This document shows, in pieces, positions 1 to 9,490 of a DNA stretch of 64,000 bases. Within the stretch, counting starts at the first letter, position 1. Each line of letters starts with the position of its first letter. Both the position numbers and the translations under genes were made by a program. The notes under the pieces were generated by a model. The model was given only the letters and a program-made list of their open reading frames with translations, was not told the origin of the DNA and did no database searches. The stretch spans positions 1-64,000 of IMG/VR virus record IMGVR_UViG_3300020403_000005, one strand, 5' to 3'. Origin of the DNA: a virus.

Positions 1-1
1 T

Positions 2-307
2 TGTGGAATAACCCTTAACTGGGTCTTTTGTTTTAACGTCAACAAGATGTAGCCCTCTTTCTTCAGACGAAACTAATTCTACTTGCTGCTTCCACTTTGG
101 TCTTGGGGTTTTCTTTTCTTCCAAGCCGTTAACCTCATTTAAATCTACTGCGCCTTTGAGCCAACCATTTTTCTCGATGCGTTCGAGCGTCATGCTGAAG
201 GCGTGACTTTTCTTTAGTCTTTGCTTTTTATTTCTAGCGTACCCCTCCTTAAAGCCCTTTATTTGTATGGACTTTTTCTTTGGGATGTATTTAGCTATTA
301 CGTTCAC
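2..307 (-). CDS. Hypothetical protein, partial (runs off window start)
   Basis: Read manually: GTG at 307, open frame (MNVIAKYIPKKKSIQIKGFKEG...) to the window edge; TTGACA-N17-TAGTGT promoter at 345-317. Confidence 0.6.
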   Translation of the reverse strand, partial: MNVIAKYIPKKKSIQIKGFKEGYARNKKQRLKKSHAFSMTLERIEKNGWLKGAVDLNEVNGLEEKKTPRPKWKQQVELVSSEERGLHLVDVKTKDPVKGYST

Positions 308-360
308 TGTCTTTCTACACTATCAGATTTTTGGTTTTATGTCAACTACTTTTTTTAAAT

Positions 361-906
361 TTATCGCAATTCTTTTCTGAGGAGTCTCCAACGGTCACTA
401 TCAATAGCTTTTTTGCCGCTATCTATTTGTTTAATCATGTCTAAAACTTCATCTATACTATCATAAATATAATGATGCGGAAGCATACCCATCATCCAAA
501 GCGGTGTTTGAGATTTGCCCCCCTCCATAGAGATAAAGATAGGCTTTTTTGCTCTAACCGCTGTAACAAGTTCTTCTGCGCTGCCCCAGCTTGCTACTTC
601 TGGAAGTATATGGGCAATAATAAAATCAGAGCGATCAACAAGATTTAAATCATAATTACGAACCGTACTCATTCTCTCCGCTACATCATTGTAGTAACCC
701 GCTTCCATCGCTTCGTGCATTTTCACACGAGCTTCTTCATCTTCGTCAACATCCTTGACGAACGGTTTCTTGTATGGATTGAATACTGTAATATCCAAAG
801 AAGCTAATTCACACTCAGCGTAATCTCTCCAGTTTCGGCCATCAGCATATTGCATATGTCCGACCAGATAGGTTCTTGTTTTTTCTAAAATGTTTTTATT
901 TTGCAT
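361..906 (-). CDS. Nucleoside 2-deoxyribosyltransferase-like protein
   Basis: YLVGHM N-terminal motif, DLNLVDRSDFIIA and GSAEEL (catalytic Glu) match the NDT/RCL-like fold. Confidence 0.65.
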   Translation of the reverse strand: MQNKNILEKTRTYLVGHMQYADGRNWRDYAECELASLDITVFNPYKKPFVKDVDEDEEARVKMHEAMEAGYYNDVAERMSTVRNYDLNLVDRSDFIIAHILPEVASWGSAEELVTAVRAKKPIFISMEGGKSQTPLWMMGMLPHHYIYDSIDEVLDMIKQIDSGKKAIDSDRWRLLRKELR

Positions 907-912
907 ATAAGC

Positions 913-941
913 ACCATATCACGCTTTTGATTTGATGTCAA
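913..941 (-). promoter_or_regulatory. Sigma70-type promoter giving a probably leaderless transcript
   Basis: TTGACA-N17-TATGGT followed by ATG after 6 nt. Confidence 0.6.
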
Positions 942-1144
942 CTCCAATTTCGAGCTTCTCTTATAGACTTATTTCTTTGATTGTATTTAGCTTTTCTTTG
1001 TTTGAAATATTTTTTTCTTGTCGGTTTTTCGTAATATCTACGGCTTCTAACTTCCCCCAAGACATTCTCCTTGTCCAGCTTTTTCTTTAACTTTCTTAAA
1101 GCTTTATCAACAGATTCTCCTTTTTTTATTTTAACTTCAATCAT
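938..1144 (-). CDS. rpsU: Ribosomal protein bS21
   Basis: EVKIKKGESVDKALRKLKKK...EVRSRRYYEKP is the bS21 signature; 68 aa, basic. Confidence 0.92.
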   Translation of the reverse strand: MIEVKIKKGESVDKALRKLKKKLDKENVLGEVRSRRYYEKPTRKKYFKQRKAKYNQRNKSIREARNWS

Positions 1145-1183
1145 GAATATTTATTTATTATGTTCTGACTTCGCGGCTAAATA

Positions 1184-2272
1184 TTAGATTGTAACGCCCA
1201 ATTTTTCTAAATTATCTTTAAATAAGTCAAACGGTATGTCTTTATAATGTAAAACTAATGGTAGTTTTATATCTCCTGATCTGTTTTCAACAACTCTGTT
1301 GTCAAAGTATCCGTCAGCCATCAAAGCGGCGGCGGCAGAAATTGAATAAGCTGTTGATTTTTGCATAGCTGAAAATTTCAAATCATAACCAATTATAACT
1401 TCTCTATTCCATGTTACATTACCGCCTTTAACAGTCGCCTTGATTAACACTACGTCATGATCTTTGGGGCATCCGTTTAAGAAAATAGACTCTAAAGTTT
1501 TATCATCTAAATCACAATTTCTAATTAAAAACTTAACTATATCTCTATGGCCTTCATATCTTATTGTTTTGTAGCTGCAATTTTTAACACCACGATCTTT
1601 CATCGTTCTTATTGTGTGACTTGCACCGCCACTGGTGTAAAAGGCTTCTAATTTTTCGTTCTTTAGAAGTTCAAAACTGACATCTTCTTTACCATCCATT
1701 CCTGCGACTTTGTGTATTTCTCCCGCTTTTAATACCTCGCAGTCATCTCTATACTCATTTATAAGCCCGTCTACAGACCAAGTGACCGCATAGTTTAATG
1801 GGGGATTAGTCGGCATCGCTGGTAGACCGCCAACCATAATTTTAACTTCGTGAACCTTGTGGTGTAGCTCCGAATAACCCCACTCGGCCAAAATATTAAC
1901 TAAACCAGGAGCAAGACCCAAATCAGTAAACACTGGTTTACTAGCTTTTTCTTCTGCATATTTATTTATATCAGCAGAAACATCTACTCTTCCGCCTAAA
2001 TCGCAATATCTTATTCCCTTATTTATACAATAAAAGGCAACATCTTTTAATTGGTGGTACGGTAAACTGCTTACAACTACATCTGGTAAATGATAGTTAA
2101 TAGCCTTTTTAATGTCTTCTAGCTCTGGAGTATGAATAAATTTGTCAGCGTCTACATTTTCCGCCGCACCCTCCCAAGAGTCTACACCTATAACTTCATA
2201 ACCTAACCTGTCCATAGCGTAAACTATGCACTGGCCCATTCTTCCCACGCCGCAAACTAAAGCTTTTTTCAT
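1184..2272 (-). CDS. Saccharopine dehydrogenase / lysine 6-dehydrogenase family oxidoreductase
   Basis: Rossmann GVGRMG, YCDLGG, GLAPGLVNILA, YAVTWSVDGLINEY, YKTIRYEGH. Confidence 0.85.
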   Translation of the reverse strand: MKKALVCGVGRMGQCIVYAMDRLGYEVIGVDSWEGAAENVDADKFIHTPELEDIKKAINYHLPDVVVSSLPYHQLKDVAFYCINKGIRYCDLGGRVDVSADINKYAEEKASKPVFTDLGLAPGLVNILAEWGYSELHHKVHEVKIMVGGLPAMPTNPPLNYAVTWSVDGLINEYRDDCEVLKAGEIHKVAGMDGKEDVSFELLKNEKLEAFYTSGGASHTIRTMKDRGVKNCSYKTIRYEGHRDIVKFLIRNCDLDDKTLESIFLNGCPKDHDVVLIKATVKGGNVTWNREVIIGYDLKFSAMQKSTAYSISAAAALMADGYFDNRVVENRSGDIKLPLVLHYKDIPFDLFKDNLEKLGVTI

Positions 2273-2273
2273 A

Positions 2274-2990
2274 TTATTCCTTCCAAGTTACTTTGATTAA
2301 ATTATCTCCGAAAAATTCCTTAGTATATCTAACGGCGTCCTCTGGATCAAAAGGTTTGCAAGTATAAATATCTACAGAAAAGAATTTGGGCGATCTGTTA
2401 TCCCAAGTGTATATGTGCATACCGCTCTCTTTCCAATGTACGAAAGCGCACCAACCGTATTTGGGTTCGTGATTTAAAACTGGGTTAGTCACCAGAGACA
2501 TATTTAAAACGCTAGATATATCAATAGCATATTTAGTCATATCTTCTGGAGTAAATTCATTATGTAAAGTGCCTTCAATTATACATCTTTGTCTACATAT
2601 TTCGGGTGCTAAATCCTCCCAGCCTTCTAGTTGTTCTATGGTTATCGATTTGTCGTCTATAACTAAATCACAAGCTGGTTTTATATATTTGCCCTTTGAG
2701 CCAGTTGATAAATCATGAAACTTACACCCCCAGCTTTCAAGTTGCTTCCAAGTAAATTCGTGGTAGCATCTTCCTTCCGCTTTAGATTTGTCAGAGCCAC
2801 CACGAGCAGTCCAGTAGATAATCTGCCAGCCTTGGTCGTATAGTCTATTTATTTTATCTATGTTATTGGTAAGTGGTTGCGCTAAGTCATACCTTCTTTT
2901 ATCTGGGTAGTAGCAGACAGTCTCATCAATATCTACCAGAGCGACTTTTACATCGTCTGCCGCAAACTGTTTGGAGTCATGAAATTCCAT
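2274..2990 (-). CDS. Fusion of HAD-like phosphatase (N-terminal) and S-adenosylmethionine decarboxylase-like domain (C-terminal)
   Basis: DIDETV, WTARG, KP..DLVIDDK (HAD motifs I-IV); WKESGMHIYTW and SVDIYTCK (AdoMetDC proenzyme E-S cleavage site and DIYTC motif). Confidence 0.75.
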   Translation of the reverse strand: MEFHDSKQFAADDVKVALVDIDETVCYYPDKRRYDLAQPLTNNIDKINRLYDQGWQIIYWTARGGSDKSKAEGRCYHEFTWKQLESWGCKFHDLSTGSKGKYIKPACDLVIDDKSITIEQLEGWEDLAPEICRQRCIIEGTLHNEFTPEDMTKYAIDISSVLNMSLVTNPVLNHEPKYGWCAFVHWKESGMHIYTWDNRSPKFFSVDIYTCKPFDPEDAVRYTKEFFGDNLIKVTWKE

Positions 2991-3710
2991 TTATTTTTTC
3001 TTTTTCTTCTCGTGTTCTGGCATCTTAGCTCTCACTTCATCTACCAATTTTAAATCTAATGCTTCGTCTGCTGAAATCCACCAATCTTTTCTTTCCCAAT
3101 TTTTCTTTATTTTTTGCTTGGTCAGTGTCGATCTTGCTGTAAAAATATCTAAAATTCTTTCTTCAATTCTTTTTACAAATTCAACCTCATCTTCTATCTC
3201 GTAAGTTTTCCCCCAAGCCCCAAAAGCCGCTCTGTGTATCATGACCCAAGCTTGATGGCCTACCCATCTGGTGTCTCCAGCTTGAAGCAGTATCCCCGCC
3301 ATTGAGGCGGCCATACCTAGAGTCCCAGTGGTTATATGATGGCCAGATGATCTTAGGTGTTGAATGTGGTCGAACAATTCAAATCCATCAATTATACTAC
3401 CGCCAGGAGAAGAGAATATAATTTCAATGTCGGATTTAGGATATAGTCTTGACCATTCCGTCAAAGTTCTCATGCAGCCAGCTACGCTTGATCTATTAAC
3501 TTCTCCATTGAATCTATATAAACAATTTCTTGAGTCTCCTGCCATTTCTCTGTCTCTAGCTCTCTTGATCTCACTCAACTCTATTTCGGCAACGTCCGCT
3601 TCGACTCTCGCTCTTCTCGCTTCTTCTAGAGTTTTCTGAGTTTCTGCTTCGAGCTTTTTGACCTCGGCAGCTATTTCCTTTTTCGATCTAATGTCTTTTT
3701 CTTCACTCAT
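2991..3710 (-). CDS. clpP: ClpP-family protease with N-terminal coiled coil
   Basis: SPGGS, AASMA (catalytic Ser), MIH (His), DWWISADEALDLKLVDEV. Confidence 0.85.
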   Translation of the reverse strand: MSEEKDIRSKKEIAAEVKKLEAETQKTLEEARRARVEADVAEIELSEIKRARDREMAGDSRNCLYRFNGEVNRSSVAGCMRTLTEWSRLYPKSDIEIIFSSPGGSIIDGFELFDHIQHLRSSGHHITTGTLGMAASMAGILLQAGDTRWVGHQAWVMIHRAAFGAWGKTYEIEDEVEFVKRIEERILDIFTARSTLTKQKIKKNWERKDWWISADEALDLKLVDEVRAKMPEHEKKKKK

Positions 3711-3713
3711 ATG

Positions 3714-5249
3714 TTATTTCATCCCCTGTGGAAACGTTAATTTATCTGCATGATTTACAGTCCAACTGATTTCATGTGTTACTGCTCTAAAAGTTCTAGC
3801 CGCGCTTGGGAAGCCGTTTCCAGATTTTTTAACGCCACCAAAAGCAAGATGTGACTCCGCCGCTATTGATCCACCATTCCAATAAATCATACCAGCGTCA
3901 CATTCGTCTCGCATTATTCTAGCTTTTCTAAAGTCATTTGTCAATACTCCTACAGCCAAGCCGTAATCAGTGTCGTTGTAGATTTGAATAGCGTCTTCTA
4001 TCGTATCAAAGGGGATAATTGCTACATGAGGCCCAAAAACTTCGTTTCTAAGGTATTGAGCTTCATGGCCTCTCCATTCTGTTTTATAGACTATGGGGGT
4101 AGAGTAGTAGGATTTACCTTCTCCTGTGTAGGTTGGAGATAGCAGCACTTCCGATTCGGGATCATCTAAAACCATTTTATTAAAGCTTCTTATTTTGTCG
4201 AAGCCTTGTTGGTTTATGATTGGGCCGTAGTAAATATCTTCATTGGGTACAAGCTCTTCCCAAACCATGCCGTCTGGACAGCCAGAAGTGCCAACCATTG
4301 ACTTGAAGGGATTTCCCGTTTTTAATTTGGAAGCCTCTTCGGCAAACTTCTTAGCAAATTCGTCGTAAATACTTCTTTGAACAATTATTCGCCCAGAAGA
4401 AACACATCTTTGGCCAGATAATTTAAACGCACTAGCTATTGCAGATTCAATAGCCAAATCCATTTCGACATCATCAAAAACAATACAGGCCGACTTACTG
4501 CCTAATTCGCATGAAGTAGTTTTATGCCATGACTCAGCAGCAACTTTACGAATGTGTTGTCCGACATCAGCACTACCAGTAAAACAGATGTGATCACAAT
4601 CACCACGAACCAAACAATCACCAGTAGCACCATCGCCATGCACCAAATTAACGACCCCGCGAGGGATTCCAGCTTCCGCATAAATTTCAACAGCGGCTTG
4701 AGTTGACATTGGGGCATCTTCACTTGGTTTAATTACTATTGTGTTGCCTTCCACTAGAGCGGGGGCAGCGTTCCAAAACATACCTATCGCCAAAGGAAAG
4801 TTAAATGGTGTTACAATAGATATTACACCTTTTGGCTTTCTTAGCATATACGCATCTTTTTCGGCAATTTCTGAAGAAACAGCTTCACCATGACTATAAC
4901 GACCAGAACCGAAAGCAAACTGAGCCATATGTAGGGCTTCGTTAACTTCTGCGATGCTCTCATTATAGTTTTTTCCTGTTTCGAGAGATATGATTGTAGC
5001 AAGCTTTTTTTTGTCTCTTTCGATTATTTGAGCTACTTTATTTAAGTAATCTGAACGAGTAAATCTACTCAACTTTTTCCAAGTTTTGAAAGCTCTCCGT
5101 GCAGATAAAAGAGCTTTCTCTACTTCGGAGCTACCGCTTAAAGGAAACGCGCCTTGGGCCTTTCCGGTGGCGGGGTTTATCTTAGTGTACATTTCGGCGG
5201 TTGCCCGCCATTCACCGTTGATATAATTTCTTCCCTCGAAGTCTCTCAT
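3714..5249 (-). CDS. NAD-dependent aldehyde dehydrogenase
   Basis: ITPFNFP, FTGS, ELGSK, SGQRCVS, EVFGP, FGGVKKSG; start moved to ATG 5249, which overlaps the upstream TGA (ATGA). Confidence 0.92.
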   Translation of the reverse strand: MRDFEGRNYINGEWRATAEMYTKINPATGKAQGAFPLSGSSEVEKALLSARRAFKTWKKLSRFTRSDYLNKVAQIIERDKKKLATIISLETGKNYNESIAEVNEALHMAQFAFGSGRYSHGEAVSSEIAEKDAYMLRKPKGVISIVTPFNFPLAIGMFWNAAPALVEGNTIVIKPSEDAPMSTQAAVEIYAEAGIPRGVVNLVHGDGATGDCLVRGDCDHICFTGSADVGQHIRKVAAESWHKTTSCELGSKSACIVFDDVEMDLAIESAIASAFKLSGQRCVSSGRIIVQRSIYDEFAKKFAEEASKLKTGNPFKSMVGTSGCPDGMVWEELVPNEDIYYGPIINQQGFDKIRSFNKMVLDDPESEVLLSPTYTGEGKSYYSTPIVYKTEWRGHEAQYLRNEVFGPHVAIIPFDTIEDAIQIYNDTDYGLAVGVLTNDFRKARIMRDECDAGMIYWNGGSIAAESHLAFGGVKKSGNGFPSAARTFRAVTHEISWTVNHADKLTFPQGMK

Positions 5250-5803
5250 TTTTTTGTGCTTTCCATTAGGGCTTTTACGTTTTCCTCGCAAAAGCCATTG
5301 CCCGTTCTGTTGATTAGCTCATAAATGACTCCAGTTAACGAAGAGGGTTTCGTGAATACTTGCACAAGTCCTTCGCACTCTAAGGGTCTTTCTGAGTAAA
5401 ATTCTGCATAACCAGCCTTTAGCCAATCATTCATAGTTTTTTCGACATCTTCTACTTGATATGCAATGTGATGTATTCCTGCCCCCTTCTCTTTTACCCA
5501 ATCCCCCACTATAGAACCCTCTGGGCCATCGCTAACAAAAATCTCTGGTGGCGCATGGTATGAGTGAAACTCTGCATTACTTGTTCTGACTTTTCGTTCT
5601 GGGGAATCCGCTAAAAATACCTCCCATTCAGAAACCTCTTTGTGTCTTTCTTCTGGTGGGGTTAAAGCCAAACAGTCAGCTTTGGAGCCATCGTCAAATT
5701 CTATTTGAAATTCAGTACCAATATTATATCCCAAGCAATCTTTGAGGAATTTGGATGTTTTGTACCTATCCTCTACTCTATAGGCTATATGGTCTAATCT
5801 CAT
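5246..5803 (-). CDS. VOC (glyoxalase/HPPD-like) metalloenzyme
   Basis: LDHIAYRV, GIHHIAYQVED, QVFTKP...YELINR..GF give the His/His/Glu metal ligands. Confidence 0.75.
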   Translation of the reverse strand: MRLDHIAYRVEDRYKTSKFLKDCLGYNIGTEFQIEFDDGSKADCLALTPPEERHKEVSEWEVFLADSPERKVRTSNAEFHSYHAPPEIFVSDGPEGSIVGDWVKEKGAGIHHIAYQVEDVEKTMNDWLKAGYAEFYSERPLECEGLVQVFTKPSSLTGVIYELINRTGNGFCEENVKALMESTKK

Positions 5804-5810
5804 ATATTAA

Positions 5811-5839
5811 ATAATAGAAGAAAAAGAATTAATAGTCAA
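5811..5839 (-). promoter_or_regulatory. Sigma70-type promoter of the VOC-ALDH-ClpP-HAD/SpeD-LysDH operon
   Basis: TTGACT-N17-TATTAT, ATG 7 nt downstream. Confidence 0.6.
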
Positions 5840-5885
5840 ATTATTTTAAAAGCTTTTTTAACTTTAGGTGTAAATTATAATATAG

Positions 5886-6236
5886 ATGAATTTAATCATT
5901 TCGTCAAGTCTTACTTCTGATCCGCCTTCTGAGGGTTTATATTTCAGGCATCTTACTATGATGGCTCGTCAAGAGCTACAATACGAAGCAGTCTGCATAG
6001 AGGCAAGTAAATTCGATACTGATTTCTTTTACCCATATTTAAAGAAAAAAGGGTGGTTGGATTACGTAGATGATTTTATTTTGCCAGAATGGAATGAATC
6101 TGGAATAAGAATAGATACGGAATTAAATTCACCATTGACAATAAAAACTAGATATATTCGTTACGAAAACACGCTTAATTTATTAGGCCAACTCAAAGAA
6201 ATGAGAGTAATAAATGAAAAGGTTAACGCAATCTGA
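5886..6236 (+). CDS. Hypothetical protein
   Basis: 116-aa ORF preceded by the GTGTAAATTATA motif. Confidence 0.6.
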   Translation: MNLIISSSLTSDPPSEGLYFRHLTMMARQELQYEAVCIEASKFDTDFFYPYLKKKGWLDYVDDFILPEWNESGIRIDTELNSPLTIKTRYIRYENTLNLLGQLKEMRVINEKVNAI

Positions 6237-6371
6237 TAAAGATTGGTTCTTGAAGTTCCTACAAGACCAAATACAAGAAGAAATATTTAACGAATGGAGA
6301 TATAAGTCGGAAGAGCAGGGCAACAAAGTCAATAAACTAAAAAAAATTTATAATATATTAAGACACGAAAA

Positions 6372-6980
6372 CTAAACTCCAAATTTGTACCCGAAATATT
6401 TGATGTCTTTAGCGTATTGTTCCGCAACAATTTGCCGAGTTTCGTCATCATAGTATTCAGTGTAGTGTTTTTTTTCTTTACGTTGAGATGATTTAGCAGT
6501 TGGATATACAATATCATCATCAAACCATTTACCAAATATACGTTTGGTGTCATTTTCAAGATTTTCGTAACGAATGTAATCGTCTACAACACATTTCTTT
6601 CCATGAAATATCCAACCAGAAAATGGAGAAAGTTTATAGCAACCATTTGATAGAACGAAATCTCTAAAACTTTTCTTTACTTCATTTCTATTTTGCCACC
6701 AATACCAAGAAACCACCCGATCAAATGGATTTCTAATACTAATAAACTTATAGTAAGAATTGAATTTGTTTTCTCCAATTTTATTCCTTATATGGTTTGG
6801 TGTTGAATGATTTCTGAACCCAATGTAATTGCGTGGTTGGTGGGTCGAAGAATCCCCTTTCGTTATTGGGGTAACAATATCTTCCTTATCAACTAAATCA
6901 CTAAGAAGTATTTCGGTAGAAGTTCCAGCAACTTTTTTTGCCTTAAAGTAAATAAATTTATGCTTGTGTGATATTATCAT
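6372..6980 (-). CDS. Sulfotransferase family 2 protein
   Basis: FIYFKAKKVAGTS (5'-PSB), FISIRNPFDRVVSWY (3'-PB), DDYIRYENL. Confidence 0.82.
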   Translation of the reverse strand: MIISHKHKFIYFKAKKVAGTSTEILLSDLVDKEDIVTPITKGDSSTHQPRNYIGFRNHSTPNHIRNKIGENKFNSYYKFISIRNPFDRVVSWYWWQNRNEVKKSFRDFVLSNGCYKLSPFSGWIFHGKKCVVDDYIRYENLENDTKRIFGKWFDDDIVYPTAKSSQRKEKKHYTEYYDDETRQIVAEQYAKDIKYFGYKFGV

Positions 6981-6981
6981 T

Positions 6982-7557
6982 TTAAAACCGCTTAGTTCCG
7001 CCAGTTAACCATTTTTCGAGCTTCCACATGAAGCTGCTAGAATAGGAGCATATGTATCTAACTAGACCCAGCGGCAATCGAACCAAGTAACACCAAACTT
7101 TAAATAATTTCCACAATTTACTATTTTTTCTGTTTTCTTCTTTATCTTCAAGGTTTCTAAAATGTTGCTGTATTTGTATTCTGTTGGCATTGTCTAAGGG
7201 TTTAAATTTTAATAACTCTATTTCTTTTATTTCACCCTTCCAAACTAAAGCTTTAAATTCAATCCAGTAATCTTGATCGTCTCCAAAAAAATTATAATAA
7301 AATTCTACCTCTCCCGTCCAATCAAGCTTTTCTACAGTGAAGTTTTTTTCCTGCACTTCTCCATTCTCATTTAAATATCTATCTATTTTTTCGACATAGA
7401 TTTCGCCGTCTTCTTCTATTAGATAATTGTCGAGAGCGCAACTAAAATTTTTTGTTTGAAACTCAATCTCTGACCAATTTTGATTTGGTAGTTTGTTTTT
7501 AATCTCGTCCGTAATCGGTAAGACGTATTCACATTTTATGGTGTCAAACATTCCCAT
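6982..7557 (-). CDS. Conserved phage hypothetical protein (MGMFD-type)
   Basis: MGMFDTIKCEY...FQTK N-terminus; start reassigned to 7557, just after the upstream stop. Confidence 0.6.
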   Translation of the reverse strand: MGMFDTIKCEYVLPITDEIKNKLPNQNWSEIEFQTKNFSCALDNYLIEEDGEIYVEKIDRYLNENGEVQEKNFTVEKLDWTGEVEFYYNFFGDDQDYWIEFKALVWKGEIKEIELLKFKPLDNANRIQIQQHFRNLEDKEENRKNSKLWKLFKVWCYLVRLPLGLVRYICSYSSSFMWKLEKWLTGGTKRF

Positions 7558-7558
7558 T

Positions 7559-8506
7559 TTAGAATAACTCCTTATACTTATTAAAGTAACTCGCAAACTC
7601 TAATCTTAATTTAGGCGTGTGCTTCTTGAAGAAGAAGTTCCCGAATTGATTTTTTCTGAGATGATTGTTCTGCTGGGTAAACTGAAACAACATTTTTAAA
7701 ATTTTTTCGCATCTGTACATTGAGAAGTCTTTTCCTAAAGATTTTAAATTTCTTTCCCCTTGAGCAAACCCTCTCTCTTTGAGCTTATATTCTATCTCTT
7801 GCCAGCTTTTTAAGCTATAGTGATTTATTACAAATGTCGGATTTTTAATTTCACTCCGGTCGCTATAGTTAAGTGATCTTTGGCCATCGATCAATCTACA
7901 GTATTCTTTTTTTGTTTGGCTAAATGGTTCAACCTGTTCTCCAAAGCAATTTACCGCTCCATGAGAAACTAATCTATGAACCCCTCCGCCAGTTTCAATT
8001 TCATTTAGCTTTGTGCAGTTTACGATGCTTTTAACACATCTATGCGTGGAATATTGTTTATATCTATCTAAAAGAAATGTTCTTTTGTGCCATTTGCGTC
8101 CCTCGTGGACAAACCATCCTTCTGGGCCGAATAGTCTCCAATTTAGTTCTAAGCACCTTTTATCTTCTATAGTTTTTAAAAAATCTAAAAAAGAATATTC
8201 TAATGGAGAAATTATATACTCATCGTCGTCAATAAACGCCATCCACTTGGATTCGTTTTTGTACTCTTTATATATATCCTGATAAATTAAAGACTGAACT
8301 TCGTAGCTAGAGCCAATAACGTTGTCTGGTACAAAGGTTATATCTTTGGAGAAGTTTTTAAAAAAATCTTTAAGGCTGGGCTTGCAGCCATTGTCTACTA
8401 TGTAAAAATGCTCAACGCCTATAAACTTATTCCAAAGAAACCACTCTTTGAGGGAGTCAAAGAATTTAGTTTTTATTAAAACGGTGGCCGATAAGTAATA
8501 TTTCAT
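7559..8506 (-). CDS. Glycosyltransferase (GT92/GT2-like, GT-A fold)
   Basis: EW...IGVEHFYIVDNG, WMAFIDDDEYI, VKSIV, INHYSLKS. Confidence 0.78.
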   Translation of the reverse strand: MKYYLSATVLIKTKFFDSLKEWFLWNKFIGVEHFYIVDNGCKPSLKDFFKNFSKDITFVPDNVIGSSYEVQSLIYQDIYKEYKNESKWMAFIDDDEYIISPLEYSFLDFLKTIEDKRCLELNWRLFGPEGWFVHEGRKWHKRTFLLDRYKQYSTHRCVKSIVNCTKLNEIETGGGVHRLVSHGAVNCFGEQVEPFSQTKKEYCRLIDGQRSLNYSDRSEIKNPTFVINHYSLKSWQEIEYKLKERGFAQGERNLKSLGKDFSMYRCEKILKMLFQFTQQNNHLRKNQFGNFFFKKHTPKLRLEFASYFNKYKELF

Positions 8507-8691
8507 TACTTTTCTTCGATAGAGGCTATTAGCTCTCTTAAGGCTTTGAGGTGATATAACATGAAGCCGTCGCCCTGCGCTTGCGTGGCTTTATTTTGCG
8601 AAATCAAAACAGACTTTAATTTATTATCTTCTTGCTGCGCTCTGTCGATTAGCTGACATAGCAACTGCAAAGATAGCTCTTTCTTACTCAT
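8506..8691 (-). CDS. Hypothetical protein
   Basis: 61-aa ORF coupled to the next gene; TTGACT-N17-TATATT promoter at 8729-8701. Confidence 0.6.
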   Translation of the reverse strand: MSKKELSLQLLCQLIDRAQQEDNKLKSVLISQNKATQAQGDGFMLYHLKALRELIASIEEK

Positions 8692-8731
8692 GCTATCTTG
8701 AATATAGACGATAACAGCGAATAAGTCAATG

Positions 8732-9052
8732 TTATTTATAAAGATATTCTGCGATGTAGCTTATATTAATAGAGCTAAAAATTTCGGAACCTAAATCGTC
8801 TATTATTTGATCTCTAGTAAATCCTTCGGCTTCGGCCCATCTCCATTTATTTACATTTATTTTGTAGGCTGTTACTCGTCGCTGACTATTTACCGTGGTC
8901 ATACCAATTAAAACTGCTTTTTCTGCACTTTTATTGATTAGGACATAGGAGTCCTCATCTACGGTTTTAGTCGCGCTCAGAACGAATCCAAGGTTTTGAG
9001 CGTCTTTCTTTAATCGCGTAATTTCTTTTTCAAGTTTTGAACTGCGTGGCAC
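8732..9052 (-). CDS. Hypothetical protein
   Basis: 106-aa ORF, GTG start 8 nt after the GTGTAA motif. Confidence 0.6.
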   Translation of the reverse strand: MPRSSKLEKEITRLKKDAQNLGFVLSATKTVDEDSYVLINKSAEKAVLIGMTTVNSQRRVTAYKINVNKWRWAEAEGFTRDQIIDDLGSEIFSSINISYIAEYLYK

Positions 9053-9074
9053 ATATAATATTACACTAAAAAAA

Positions 9075-9484
9075 TGGTGGAGGCGGCGGGAATCGAACCC
9101 GCGTCTTTAGAACCCTAAATTCCAAAGTTCTACAAGCTTAGTCGATCTAATACAATACGTGTCTGTGACCGACAACTTCACGTAAGGTTTGGTCTATCTT
9201 TTTTTAAACAACTGGAGACTCAACCAGACTCAACCAGTGTTTTTCTCGCTATCGTCGCCCTATCTCATAAGCGAGAATCCTGAGTAGGACGGAGCAGAAC
9301 TACGCTGCCATCGCGGCTTCTTGATAGCCAAACTGAGCGAGAATCGCGTCAGCTTCAGCTACCGAGGGAGCCATATCAACTGCATCTTTAGCATTTGACG
9401 TTGTAATAGATTTTTTAAGAGGCCAACTATCATCCTCTGCTTGCTGTTTGGCGTCAGACCCTAAATCGAATCCAGTACGCCCCC
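9075..9484 (-). ncRNA. ssrA: tmRNA (one-piece, 410 nt)
   Basis: 5' GGGGGCGTACTGGATTCGA; 3' GCGGGTTCGATTCCCGCCGCCTCCACCA; acceptor stem with G3:U70; internal tag frame ending in AAMAA-stop. Confidence 0.95.
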
Positions 9485-9490
9485 AAAATT

